Virus record (IMG/VR): IMGVR_UViG_2788500088_000017
Direction: 5' to 3' (one strand)
DNA from: an uncultured virus (IMG/VR IMGVR_UViG_2788500088_000017)
Lineage: Duplodnaviria; Heunggongvirae; Uroviricota; Caudoviricetes
DNA length: 64,000 nucleotides
Shown here: one piece after another, positions 31,287 to 40,751 of the stretch
Position numbering within the stretch: position 1 is the first letter of the stretch
Layout: each line of letters opens with the position of its first letter
Position numbers and translations under genes: made by a program
Notes under the pieces: generated by a model
Database searches by the model: none
Seen by the model: the letters and a program-made list of their open reading frames with translations, nothing else
What the model was told of the DNA's origin: nothing

Positions 31287-32959
31287 GTTACACGGTCCCT
31301 TCACCCGTCAACACTTCATACGCAAAACCAAAAAAGGGGCGTAGCGATACTGTTCACGACGAGATTGGCGCGCTTGCGGAAGAGCCAACCTTTGTTGACA
31401 ACGCAATTTATCATGTCATTTACGAAACCATTCAAAACAATTCCAAGACATCGCAAGTGTCAAAGCCGAGGCAAGGAGATTTTCAAACAACACATCAGCG
31501 CAAGTATCGCATTAGCGAAGAAGACTCGGCGTTGCGTCTTGCGCACGCTACCCACGAAGACAATGTCTTCTTCAACGGGGAGCAGTTGTCCACAACATCA
31601 ACCCGACCCATGTTGTTGATTGACAGTATTGACCACACCTTACGATTGAGGACGCAAAGCATTCTTGCGGGAAGCAACGGCACGCGCGTTCAACTCAACA
31701 ACATGAGAGGAAGAACGCTTAACGACATCAGTATGGGAGAGTCAACTCATGTTTACGCTGGGCAAACGGTCAGCGTCGGTCTGCGTAGCACCGACTTGGT
31801 TGAAAAAATGTTCAGCAAAGCGTTGCATGGATTGAACAGCGTAGGCACGCGCGGCATCAGCACGCTGTTTGTCGCGCAAAATTTTCAGTCTACTGCGCTA
31901 CCCGCCGCCATCCGTTTCGTAGCAAGGCATGACCACTACCTCATGTATTATGACCGCCACGGCAACTTCCTCTATGCCCCTAAAATTTTCAACTTACGCG
32001 ACCGAGAATTGGGGACTCAACGAGGTGTTGCCAAGACGGAGGTTGACCCAATCATTGAGGTTGCTAACCGCATCGTAGTCAAAGGAAAAGGCATCGCGCT
32101 AAACGATTCTATCACCGTGCAAGTAGACGATGGTGAAATGCAGAAGCGTCAAGGTGCCATCAAGCAGATGACTGCCAAAGACCCAACGGCAACGAGTGAG
32201 TCAAAAGCCCGAACAAGCGCGAGTCAACTCCTTCGCCTCAACAAAAAAGCGCAAGGCTCGCTGTCGTCAAAGGCCCATTCGCTATCGTGGGACTTGGAGC
32301 CTGCTGACATCGTCAACTTCAACAATGCTTCAATTGGAGATTTGAAGCAAGCCATCGTTGAAGCCACGCACACTTCAAAAGGAGAATCACATTTTCAATT
32401 GATTTCTTACGAAGCAGGGCTTGAGGGCGTTATCAACGCAATGGCTGACGATGGTGAAGTTGATGAAGAGGACGACGAACTTGACCGCGGGTTCCAAATT
32501 CAATCCATCAACAAGAGCGGAGTTGGCAACGCTGAGATGAAAGTGAGAGGACTGCTCACCTTGCGCCCTGTTATTGACAGGCTTACGCGCGCTAAGACAA
32601 CGGCTGGACTCAACACCTTCCCGAACATCCACGCAGGTCTGCTGTTGGCTCACAGGAACACAAACGCAGGTCCCACACGCTCGGCTCTTGGATTCGGCTA
32701 TTCGCCGCGTATCAACGGCACGCATGCTGGTAGCACCATCACCGTCACAAGCACTTCCGGTTTCGCCGACAGCGGCCATCTCATACTTGACAACAAATCC
32801 TTCGTCTCGTATAGCGGCAGGAGCGCGACTACATTCACGGGTGTTACCTTGATAAGCGGACTCGCGATAGTCTCGCCCATAGCCGAGATGCGAATGCTCC
32901 GACCTCGCGCACACGAAATGCGAACAACAAAAGGAACCACGACAAGGAGGAAGATTTGA
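31283..32959 (+). CDS. Putative tail hub/baseplate protein
   Basis: YYDRHGNFLY, ANRIVVKG, DLEPADIV hub-like motifs; position. Confidence 0.55.
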   Translation: MSYTVPSPVNTSYAKPKKGRSDTVHDEIGALAEEPTFVDNAIYHVIYETIQNNSKTSQVSKPRQGDFQTTHQRKYRISEEDSALRLAHATHEDNVFFNGEQLSTTSTRPMLLIDSIDHTLRLRTQSILAGSNGTRVQLNNMRGRTLNDISMGESTHVYAGQTVSVGLRSTDLVEKMFSKALHGLNSVGTRGISTLFVAQNFQSTALPAAIRFVARHDHYLMYYDRHGNFLYAPKIFNLRDRELGTQRGVAKTEVDPIIEVANRIVVKGKGIALNDSITVQVDDGEMQKRQGAIKQMTAKDPTATSESKARTSASQLLRLNKKAQGSLSSKAHSLSWDLEPADIVNFNNASIGDLKQAIVEATHTSKGESHFQLISYEAGLEGVINAMADDGEVDEEDDELDRGFQIQSINKSGVGNAEMKVRGLLTLRPVIDRLTRAKTTAGLNTFPNIHAGLLLAHRNTNAGPTRSALGFGYSPRINGTHAGSTITVTSTSGFADSGHLILDNKSFVSYSGRSATTFTGVTLISGLAIVSPIAEMRMLRPRAHEMRTTKGTTTRRKI

Positions 32960-33306
32960 TGCCAATGCTCAACGCTGTCAAGAGACGCTTGGTGGAACAC
33001 CTAAGCACGCTTGTCAACGAGTTGCACATCGGGAGCGACGGGTCAATCGCAACAAGCGAAGACGGTGGCGCGCGAACGCTTGCACGAGTTGTGCCTCGCG
33101 TTCAAATCATTGACGACACCAGCATTCTCGTAGAAGGCTCGTTCAACGCGTCGTATGTTTTCGCAAGTCCTGTGCAGGAAGTCTACATCCAATACAAGGA
33201 CGCGTCTACGGGAGAGTTCATTCCGGTCTACCGAGCCGACATTCATTCATTCATAAAGAACGCAGAAAATGAAGTGCGCTTTTCATTCATCTTGGAGGTA
33301 TCATGA
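32956..33306 (+). CDS. Small tail-associated protein
   Basis: LHIGSDG...IKNAENEVRF, like fibre-anchoring proteins; precedes fibre. Confidence 0.5.
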   Translation: MMPMLNAVKRRLVEHLSTLVNELHIGSDGSIATSEDGGARTLARVVPRVQIIDDTSILVEGSFNASYVFASPVQEVYIQYKDASTGEFIPVYRADIHSFIKNAENEVRFSFILEVS

Positions 33307-35945
33307 TGGCGACTGACAACATTGCAGGACACACAGCCGCGCAGAACACGCTTGGCGAAGACGGACTACGAGACGGCGATTCGTTGTCGCCCACGACTTT
33401 GACCAACTTGATTCAAGGCGTGCAGGGCAACGGCATCCTGCGGTATCAAGACGGGGCCTATGGCTCTACGCGCAACGAAACCAACAGCGGCAACCAGCCG
33501 GGTTCAATGGTGCGCGCATCAGCAAGCACGCTGACGGTAAGCGGTGGCTTTGCCGTGCTGGACGGTGCGCTCTATGAATTCGGAACCGGCGTCGGGAACA
33601 CCATCACGCTTGACCTCAACAACGGCTCGCACGGTAGCGGTGCGCTCACCCTTGCCGCCAACGAAGAAGCCATCTACACCATCTATGTCGCGCCAAGCGG
33701 CGGACTCAACAAGGTCTACTACGAGGGCGGTAGTCCTGTTGACACGACGACAAACCTCTACCCGTCCGCGTCCAACCAGTATCTCATCAACTACAAGACC
33801 TTGTCAGCGGGAAACAACGCGAAAACCATTGTCCTTGCTCATGTCCGTGTTCAATATGTCGCCAGCGGTGGCGGAGCGAACAACCTCAACATTGTGGAAA
33901 TCAACGACAAGCGCGTCTTCGTAGAAGGGTCAGCAGACTACCGTGTGCCGCTATCGCTCGGCACCATCACCAGCGGTGAAATCGTAGACGGCGGTGCGGA
34001 AGGTATCAACAACATAGCACACCTCAACGCCATTCACAACGACAACGGTGAACTTGCCATCACCGACACCGTGAATGTGCATTGGGTCAGTCATCCGCGC
34101 TACGGTGCGTTTAACCAATCACCACCGGGTTCGGGCGATGCTGGATACGGCCAAGGACCATCGCGCGGTGCAGACCGTGGCGGTAGCCACGCGGCTGACT
34201 CGTTCTACTTTGCAGGGCGCAACAACGAACAGACGGGACACTACGCTGTGCGATTACAGGGGCGAGGTGTTGACGCAACCAGCACCGCGCTAACAACAAA
34301 CGGGGCATGGGTGTTGACGGCGGAGGGTGATTCATTCCTCATGCTCTCACCGAACGGTGGCGTGACCATCACGCTCAACCCCGAACGAGATGCAAGCGCG
34401 AACTACAAATTTCCCGAAGGCCACATCATTGAGGTGTGCAACGACGGTGCAGGCGACATCGTCTTTGACAACCAAACCTCTCCGAGCGGGTTGAACGCAA
34501 CGCTCTCATCGGGACACCGCGCTACATTCATCTACGAAGGGACGGTGTGGGTTCGGTGCGATTATCAGTCAGCCATTATCGCCAACGCCCCTGCTATTGA
34601 AATCAGCGGTGGCGCGCCAGCCTTTGCGACAGGTATCACGCAAACAGAAATGACCGCGCTTCTCGGTATTGAGTCGGGTGCGACGGCTGACCAGTCAAAC
34701 GCTGAAATACGCGCGGCAGTAGAGGCGGCTTCGGACTCCAATGTATTTACAGATGCAGACCACACCAAACTAAACGGTATTGAAGCAAGCGCAACAGCAG
34801 ACCAAACCGCAAGCGAAATACGAGCATTGGTTGAAAGCGCGTCGGACAGCAATGTATTCACCGATGCTGACCACACCAAGTTGAACGGTATTGAAGCAAG
34901 CGCGGATGTCACGGACGCAACCAATGTAGACGCCGCGGGTGCAATCATGAATAGCGATGTCGCGACGAAAGGTCAAATCATCGTAGGCGATGGTTCGGGC
35001 GACCCGACCATATTGAGTGTAGGAACCAACGGTCATGTTTTGACTGCTGACAGCGCGGAAGCATCGGGTGTTAAGTGGGCGGCGGCTTCGGGTGGTTCAT
35101 CATATACAGACGCGAACGCTATCGCCGCGGTTGAGGGAGAGGCTACGCTTGCCCTTGCAGGTGCGGTCACCGTTGATACTGATGTTTTCGTTGTGGACAT
35201 AAGCAACGACCGAGTAGGTATCGGAGAGGCTTCGCCCGACGCAGATTTACATGTCACATCACCGTCAACTGGCAACATTTTCATTCTTGAATGCACAGAC
35301 GCGGGGACTGCAAGCGGCCCCGACATCTCCATGATACGCAACTCCTCTTCCCCTGCCGCCAACGATTTCTTAGGAAGGCTTGTGTTCAAAGGAAAGGACC
35401 TTGCTGGGAATGTTGATGAATACGCTAACATCAAAACTCTATTGTTGGACCCTACTTCCGGCGGAGAACACATCGCCTACTTTTTCCAAGGTCTTATTGC
35501 AGGGACAAATCGTGCTTTTCTTGGATTGAGAGGGACAGGAGGAAAGAATGGTAGCGGCGCAGAAGCCTGTATCAATGAACATGGTATTGATATGGATTTT
35601 CGCGTTGAAGCCAACGGTCAAACGGAAGCACTCTTTGTTCAAGGAAGCGACGGTAAGGTGGGTATCAACAACAACGCGCCAGCACAAGCCTTGCATGTCA
35701 GCGGAACAATTCGTCAAACCGCGGCTACGAACGCGGTTTTGGTGGCAAACGCGAATGGCGATATTGTAGCGGCAAGCAACCTTACCGACGCGTCATTCGT
35801 TCCCGCGGGTAGCGGTGGTGCTGAACCATACAACGCCGGTGCGGGTGCAGGTAATTGGGCCGCTCCTCCTCCTGCCGATTTAGAAACGGCAATTCAAAGA
35901 TTAGCGGCGGCAATTGCCCCACTCGTAGGAGGTTCAATACCATGA
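33303..35945 (+). CDS. Tail fibre / receptor-binding protein
   Basis: Mosaic fibre motifs: KLNGIEASA repeats, KGQIIVGDG..GTNGHVLTADS, RVGIGEASPDADLHV, KVGINNNAPAQALHVSG. Confidence 0.75.
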   Translation: MMATDNIAGHTAAQNTLGEDGLRDGDSLSPTTLTNLIQGVQGNGILRYQDGAYGSTRNETNSGNQPGSMVRASASTLTVSGGFAVLDGALYEFGTGVGNTITLDLNNGSHGSGALTLAANEEAIYTIYVAPSGGLNKVYYEGGSPVDTTTNLYPSASNQYLINYKTLSAGNNAKTIVLAHVRVQYVASGGGANNLNIVEINDKRVFVEGSADYRVPLSLGTITSGEIVDGGAEGINNIAHLNAIHNDNGELAITDTVNVHWVSHPRYGAFNQSPPGSGDAGYGQGPSRGADRGGSHAADSFYFAGRNNEQTGHYAVRLQGRGVDATSTALTTNGAWVLTAEGDSFLMLSPNGGVTITLNPERDASANYKFPEGHIIEVCNDGAGDIVFDNQTSPSGLNATLSSGHRATFIYEGTVWVRCDYQSAIIANAPAIEISGGAPAFATGITQTEMTALLGIESGATADQSNAEIRAAVEAASDSNVFTDADHTKLNGIEASATADQTASEIRALVESASDSNVFTDADHTKLNGIEASADVTDATNVDAAGAIMNSDVATKGQIIVGDGSGDPTILSVGTNGHVLTADSAEASGVKWAAASGGSSYTDANAIAAVEGEATLALAGAVTVDTDVFVVDISNDRVGIGEASPDADLHVTSPSTGNIFILECTDAGTASGPDISMIRNSSSPAANDFLGRLVFKGKDLAGNVDEYANIKTLLLDPTSGGEHIAYFFQGLIAGTNRAFLGLRGTGGKNGSGAEACINEHGIDMDFRVEANGQTEALFVQGSDGKVGINNNAPAQALHVSGTIRQTAATNAVLVANANGDIVAASNLTDASFVPAGSGGAEPYNAGAGAGNWAAPPPADLETAIQRLAAAIAPLVGGSIP
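34665..34904 (+). repeat. 111-bp (37-aa) tandem repeat, about 2.2 copies, in tail fibre
   Basis: GGTATTGA starts at 34665, 34776 and 34887; SDSNVFTDADHTKLNGIEASA repeated. Confidence 0.85.
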
Positions 35946-36100
35946 TGAGTCTATGGGTTTTCTTTTGGATTGCGTTTGCTTTGGGCTTCATCACGATTTG
36001 GTTTGGCGTTCCCGACGAAGTTGACACCTTCATCATTTTTGAAAGCGATGAAGAGTTGCAACAGGCATGTTGGGAAGGACTACGAAAGGGGGTTCAATGA
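35942..36100 (+). CDS. Small membrane protein
   Basis: MMSLWVFFWIAFALGFITIWFG single TM helix. Confidence 0.55.
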   Translation: MMSLWVFFWIAFALGFITIWFGVPDEVDTFIIFESDEELQQACWEGLRKGVQ

Positions 36101-36303
36101 TGGGAAAGTTGAAGGCGCGCTTATCTCAAAAGTGTCCGGGTTGCTACAAGGAAGTTCTCGCGCGACGGCTGGAAGGCCGGTATGTTAATGACAGAGATTC
36201 GCGTGTGCTGATTTGGGAGTGTCCTACCTGCGAAAGACTTTGGCGCGAATCAAGGCTGGTCAAACCTAAATTCAAACATCATGGAGTTGAGCAAAATGGG
36301 TAA
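36097..36303 (+). CDS. Zinc-ribbon protein
   Basis: CPGC...WECPTC. Confidence 0.6.
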   Translation: MMGKLKARLSQKCPGCYKEVLARRLEGRYVNDRDSRVLIWECPTCERLWRESRLVKPKFKHHGVEQNG

Positions 36304-38092
36304 GGGAGAAAGTCTTGAAAAACCCAAGAAGGGCGGTATGGTCATCGTCATTGGTGTAGGCGCGAAGCCCAAGAAGGACAAGTCCAGCATGAAGAAGGCG
36401 GAGCGCAGTCACCGTAATCAAATCACTTCGTTCCGACACAAAATGAGGAAAGACCCGAACTATTTAGAACAGGCATTGTCGCGCAGAATGAAGGGTATGG
36501 ATAGGGACTTCTTTGAGAAATACCTTGACCAAGTCAAAGGAACCAGCATAGAAGAAGCAATGCAGAACAAAATGTATGATTTCCCGCAAGCCATTCAAGA
36601 AGCCGCCAAAGCGTATAGTAAGTTCAAAGGCCGATACGAGATGAGAGGCAAGACGAGTCAAACGCTGGAAAACATGGGCATAGACCAGTCCGACTTTCAA
36701 CAGGCTTTGAAAGAGCGACCATTTGATGACTTCGGCGATTTGATACAAGACCTGCGACCTGCGCGCGAACCACGGAACGAGCGACAACCGCGGAACGAGC
36801 GACAACCACAGAACCGTTTCAAAGGTCTAACCACTCCTGCGAGACGCGCTTTTACTCCGATAGGCGCAAAAACTTCTCGGAACCGAGAAAGCGCGAGGGA
36901 CTTTTTTGGTGACGAATTGGACACGAGTTCAATGGACCAAATGCAAGAGTTCCGCACGCGCGACATGTATGACGGCGGTCAAGAACCCGGCGACCCATCA
37001 ACACCTCATCCCGACTTGCTGGAAGGCTTTGACGATAACGAAATGAATTACAACACCGCTGTTCAAACCGCGAGCGGCTTTATGTCACCCCATGCGGCCA
37101 AGAATTACAAGGCAAAATTCATTCAAGCGGAAAGAAGAAGGATAGCACGAGAGGATATGAGTGAGTCCGACAGGGAAAGGGCCTTGAGCAGAATCCCTCG
37201 CACGGCAGATTCTCTTTATGGTAAGGATAGAGAGATTGCACAAAAATTGAAATTGGCTGAAACTCCGCACGCGAAAGACCGCACCGCTTTGCAAGGCGAC
37301 GAAGCGGATGAATACACCGACTTTTTCCGAAATTTGATGATGGCTCGGTCCCATAAACTTCGCGGCGACATTGACCCGTATGGTGAGCAGAAAGAAGGGC
37401 TTGAAGACGCAACAAGCGAGGTGACGCTACAACCCGGTGGCGGGACCGTGCCGTTCGCTGGCGGAGGAGGACTCGCTCCGCCCCGCGCCAACAAGCGCGC
37501 TCCTGCTGGGTCGGTTGAATCTAATCTCTATGGATTCCGCGGGGCGTCAAGCATTCCGCTACCGCGAGTTCGCCCCGGTGAACGAACATCTATGCAAGTG
37601 GATGATGAAGAAGCCGAGGTTGACTTGGACAGGGTGCAAGACCGCATGATGACCGGCGAACCGATGAATGTCATGGACGCGGCGTGGGCTTTGTTAAAGG
37701 GCAACCCCGACATGCGCGACACAGAAGGTAAAAGCATTGACCACCCCGCCGCTATGGTTTACGACAACCTTGCCGCGCAAATAGAAGACCCGATGGCCTT
37801 TTTCCGTGAAAATGATGAATCGGTGGCCGACGATATGGAATCAATGCGTCGCTTCAACCAAGAACGCTTGAAGCGAGAAAAGGAGCAAGCGAGAGAACAG
37901 ACGAGACAAACGATGGAGTTCGGCAACGAAGACTTCAGCGCACCTTATCACGGCATACGACGGATGCCCCGACCGGAAGCAAAGAGGTCGCCTAAAGAAG
38001 AAGAGATACACAACCTTAGCCAAGAAATTGGACCACTCGCACAAAAACGCGAAGAGGAACACGGATTCAAACTCCCAAGTTATGATGAGTGA
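36296..38092 (+). CDS. Hypothetical charged protein, candidate internal head protein
   Basis: Hydrophilic about 598 aa; internal MDAAWALLKG motif; PRNERQ repeat. Confidence 0.55.
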   Translation: MGKGESLEKPKKGGMVIVIGVGAKPKKDKSSMKKAERSHRNQITSFRHKMRKDPNYLEQALSRRMKGMDRDFFEKYLDQVKGTSIEEAMQNKMYDFPQAIQEAAKAYSKFKGRYEMRGKTSQTLENMGIDQSDFQQALKERPFDDFGDLIQDLRPAREPRNERQPRNERQPQNRFKGLTTPARRAFTPIGAKTSRNRESARDFFGDELDTSSMDQMQEFRTRDMYDGGQEPGDPSTPHPDLLEGFDDNEMNYNTAVQTASGFMSPHAAKNYKAKFIQAERRRIAREDMSESDRERALSRIPRTADSLYGKDREIAQKLKLAETPHAKDRTALQGDEADEYTDFFRNLMMARSHKLRGDIDPYGEQKEGLEDATSEVTLQPGGGTVPFAGGGGLAPPRANKRAPAGSVESNLYGFRGASSIPLPRVRPGERTSMQVDDEEAEVDLDRVQDRMMTGEPMNVMDAAWALLKGNPDMRDTEGKSIDHPAAMVYDNLAAQIEDPMAFFRENDESVADDMESMRRFNQERLKREKEQAREQTRQTMEFGNEDFSAPYHGIRRMPRPEAKRSPKEEEIHNLSQEIGPLAQKREEEHGFKLPSYDE

Positions 38093-38101
38093 GGTGCGCG
38101 C

Positions 38102-39148
38102 ATGTCGGACTTTTGGTGGCGTTTGATGAAGTATCAAACCAAAATACACCAATACGACCCGAACCTTGACTACACGACAGGATTTGAAGGTGTGCCGCCT
38201 GTTCAAATGGCGAGCGCGCAACACCCTCAACACCTCAAGCAATACCTTCAAGGAGAATACCCTCCTCAATTTTGGGCTTTTGAAGGTAAGGATGCGTCGG
38301 TTCAACACGGTGCGTCCGCACACAGAAGCGATGACGAAGGAACATTCCTTGATGTGGGAGTTCGCTCGTTTGAACCCGTAGGGACCGAGCAAAAAGTAGG
38401 ACGCATGGCTACCCCCGACGAGATGCCCGATAAGCGCAACATCGTCGTTCGTCGCCGAAGTGCCGCCGACCACCCACGACACAAACGCAACATGGAGAAA
38501 GATATTCGCAGACGCAATGCGGAGCGTAAGAAAAGGTTGGACTTAAAGCGACGGGCCACGGGCGGTCTTTCGCCTATGGACATGTTGCGTCGTCGTGACA
38601 TGAAAATGCTCAAAGAAGCCAAGTCTCGCGCGGCCAAGGAACACCGAAGGAAATACGAGACTGCATACGAGTCCACCCCCGCGCGAAAGAAATACCGACG
38701 GGAGTTGGAGAGGGAGCGTCGCAAGCGCGGAGTCGCAGGCAAGGGTGGCAAGGACATGAGCCACACGAAAGAAGGAACGATTGTGCCGGAGGACCCACAC
38801 ACGAACAGGGCGCGCTCTCATCCATCCGTAGGCTCTACGCTGAAAATGGTGCGAGTCGTCAAAGAACAGAAGAAGTTGTTTGTTCAAGGACAGAAGACCC
38901 TTGATGGGCAACCTGCCTTCACACCGACTGACTTTGCGGCGGAGGAACGACGAAGGCAAGCCGCCCTAAAGGAAGCCAAGGCGAAGGAACAACGGATGAT
39001 TGCAGTTCAACAGCATGAAGCCATGACCAACGAAGAGCGCAGGGCAGACCATGAAGCAAAGAGGCTCCAACAAAAACAAGCGCGCGAAGCACAGCAACTA
39101 AAGACCGCTGAGGGAAACGCTACTCTTCCTCTTCGGAACCCGGAATAG
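38102..39148 (+). CDS. Hypothetical basic protein with degenerate HNH-like segment
   Basis: GAGGTG SD; RKKYRRELERERRKRG..GKGGKDMSH...NRAR; N-terminal FWWRLMK. Confidence 0.55.
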   Translation: MSDFWWRLMKYQTKIHQYDPNLDYTTGFEGVPPVQMASAQHPQHLKQYLQGEYPPQFWAFEGKDASVQHGASAHRSDDEGTFLDVGVRSFEPVGTEQKVGRMATPDEMPDKRNIVVRRRSAADHPRHKRNMEKDIRRRNAERKKRLDLKRRATGGLSPMDMLRRRDMKMLKEAKSRAAKEHRRKYETAYESTPARKKYRRELERERRKRGVAGKGGKDMSHTKEGTIVPEDPHTNRARSHPSVGSTLKMVRVVKEQKKLFVQGQKTLDGQPAFTPTDFAAEERRRQAALKEAKAKEQRMIAVQQHEAMTNEERRADHEAKRLQQKQAREAQQLKTAEGNATLPLRNPE

Positions 39149-39248
39149 GGATGTTGCTCAACTTGCGCACGACCAAGTTCACGACTTGGTAGCCAATCTC
39201 AATCGTCGCCAGCATAACGACAATCCAAACGAAGCCGCTCACAATCAT
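39120..39248 (-). CDS. 42-aa membrane peptide (absent from ORF track)
   Basis: ATG overlaps chaperonin stop; MIVSGFVWIVVMLATIEIGY...EEEE*. Confidence 0.5.
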   Translation of the reverse strand: MIVSGFVWIVVMLATIEIGYQVVNLVVRKLSNIPIPGSEEEE

Positions 39249-40744
39249 TGAGCGCGCCTCGCAATGATGTCATCAATGCGGAGGATAGAGCATGCAACCT
39301 CGGTGGCCGACTTGATGATTTGTTCAACAAGCACGGCAGGTTCCCACACATTGTGCGGTCGCATGTCAACGATTGAGCCTTCTCCGTTAAAATCAATGTA
39401 GAGTCCCATGTCGGCTGATACCGAACGCAACTCCATGACAACATCCAACGGGTCCATACCAGCGTTGCTGGCGATAGCCGCGGGGATGATTTCAAGAGCG
39501 TCAGCAAACGCTTCCATGCACATACGCTCGCGGGCAGAAGCCTGTCGCTCATGCGTAGCATGGTTGCGAACAGACATCGCCAACTTGGAGAGGACTGCGC
39601 CACCGCCGGGGTAGAGTCGCTTGTCCTTCATGTAAAGGCAGGCCACACCGAGAGCATCGTCAAACGCGCGCTCGTATTCATCCAGCGTTTGGCGAGTGGC
39701 ACCGCGGACAATCATGGTGATGGTGTCGCTTTCCTTTGCTTCAACCGAGACATAGTCAAGGTCGCCAATGCGAATGGATTTGACCGACCCTTCAATGCGT
39801 GCCTCGTATTCGTCGGGAATCTCGGTTATGCGGTGGTGAACGGTAATACCTGTGATACGCGCGATGCTGTCCATGTCGCTTTGTTGCACACGACTGACGA
39901 CTCCGATGTTTTGAGCGTCAAGGTATTTCGCAACGGCCTCATGAATTCCGTCTCGCACGATGACAATATCGGCCATCTCCGAGAGTGCATGAGACACGCC
40001 AGCAAGAATCTGCATTTCTTGCTTGCGAATCTGTTCAAGTTGAGCAGGGTCGCTGATTTGCATTTGCACATCATCGTAGTTGAATCCATCAATACCACCG
40101 TCAAGCAGAAGCAAGCGCGGATTTTCTTTGCCGATAAAGTTGGGGTTGGTGAAGGTCTTGTTGAGAACGAGACCGTTGTGGATGTAAGAATCTCTCATGT
40201 CCCCTCCCGCCTGCGTCAGCGTGCGAACGCGGTCAAGGTTGCCGTCAACGGTTAGCGCGGCGTTCTCAACCAGTTGAGCGGCGAAGCCAAGGGACGACTC
40301 GGAAGCCTTTCCTCGTAGCGCGGTTGCCGCCACCAAGTCAACACCGATGTCCTCCTCCGGCAAGGGCATATCCGCAAGAGCAATCTTGGACGCTTTGTTG
40401 TAAGCGCGCACGATTGTTTGTGGATGGATGCCACGCATGAGCAATCCCTCGCTCAACGCCAGCATTTGTCCAGCCAGCACCACGACACTCGTCGTGCCGT
40501 CTTTACACACTTCTTCCTGCGTTTGACTGGCTTGAACCATCATCTGCGCGCCGGGGTGTCCTGTCTCAAGTTCGCGAAGAATCGTGATACCGTCGTTGGT
40601 CACGATTGTTTCTCCGCGTTCATCAACGAGCATTTTGTCCATACCCGCAGGGCCAAGCGTGGACCTCACGGTTTCGGCCACATTGACTGCGGCACGGATG
40701 TTGCTCATTTGGGCTTCTCTTCCTGTTTTCCTCTCTTCTGTCAT
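39245..40744 (-). CDS. ths: Group II chaperonin (thermosome-like)
   Basis: TLGPAGMDKML, TNDGITIL, KDGTTS, GGGA, AFADALEIIP, ILRIDD; helical-protrusion-like segment. Confidence 0.95.
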   Translation of the reverse strand: MTEERKTGREAQMSNIRAAVNVAETVRSTLGPAGMDKMLVDERGETIVTNDGITILRELETGHPGAQMMVQASQTQEEVCKDGTTSVVVLAGQMLALSEGLLMRGIHPQTIVRAYNKASKIALADMPLPEEDIGVDLVAATALRGKASESSLGFAAQLVENAALTVDGNLDRVRTLTQAGGDMRDSYIHNGLVLNKTFTNPNFIGKENPRLLLLDGGIDGFNYDDVQMQISDPAQLEQIRKQEMQILAGVSHALSEMADIVIVRDGIHEAVAKYLDAQNIGVVSRVQQSDMDSIARITGITVHHRITEIPDEYEARIEGSVKSIRIGDLDYVSVEAKESDTITMIVRGATRQTLDEYERAFDDALGVACLYMKDKRLYPGGGAVLSKLAMSVRNHATHERQASARERMCMEAFADALEIIPAAIASNAGMDPLDVVMELRSVSADMGLYIDFNGEGSIVDMRPHNVWEPAVLVEQIIKSATEVACSILRIDDIIARRAQ

Positions 40745-40751
40745 GGGGGGT

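Noticed and set aside
33303..35945. Diversity-generating retroelement acting on the tail fibre
   Set aside because: No reverse transcriptase in the window; repeats are in-frame tandem units with synonymous rather than adenine-specific differences
39120..39148. Terminator at the convergence of the two gene arms
   Set aside because: No clear hairpin or T-tract; the two terminal ORFs appear to overlap instead
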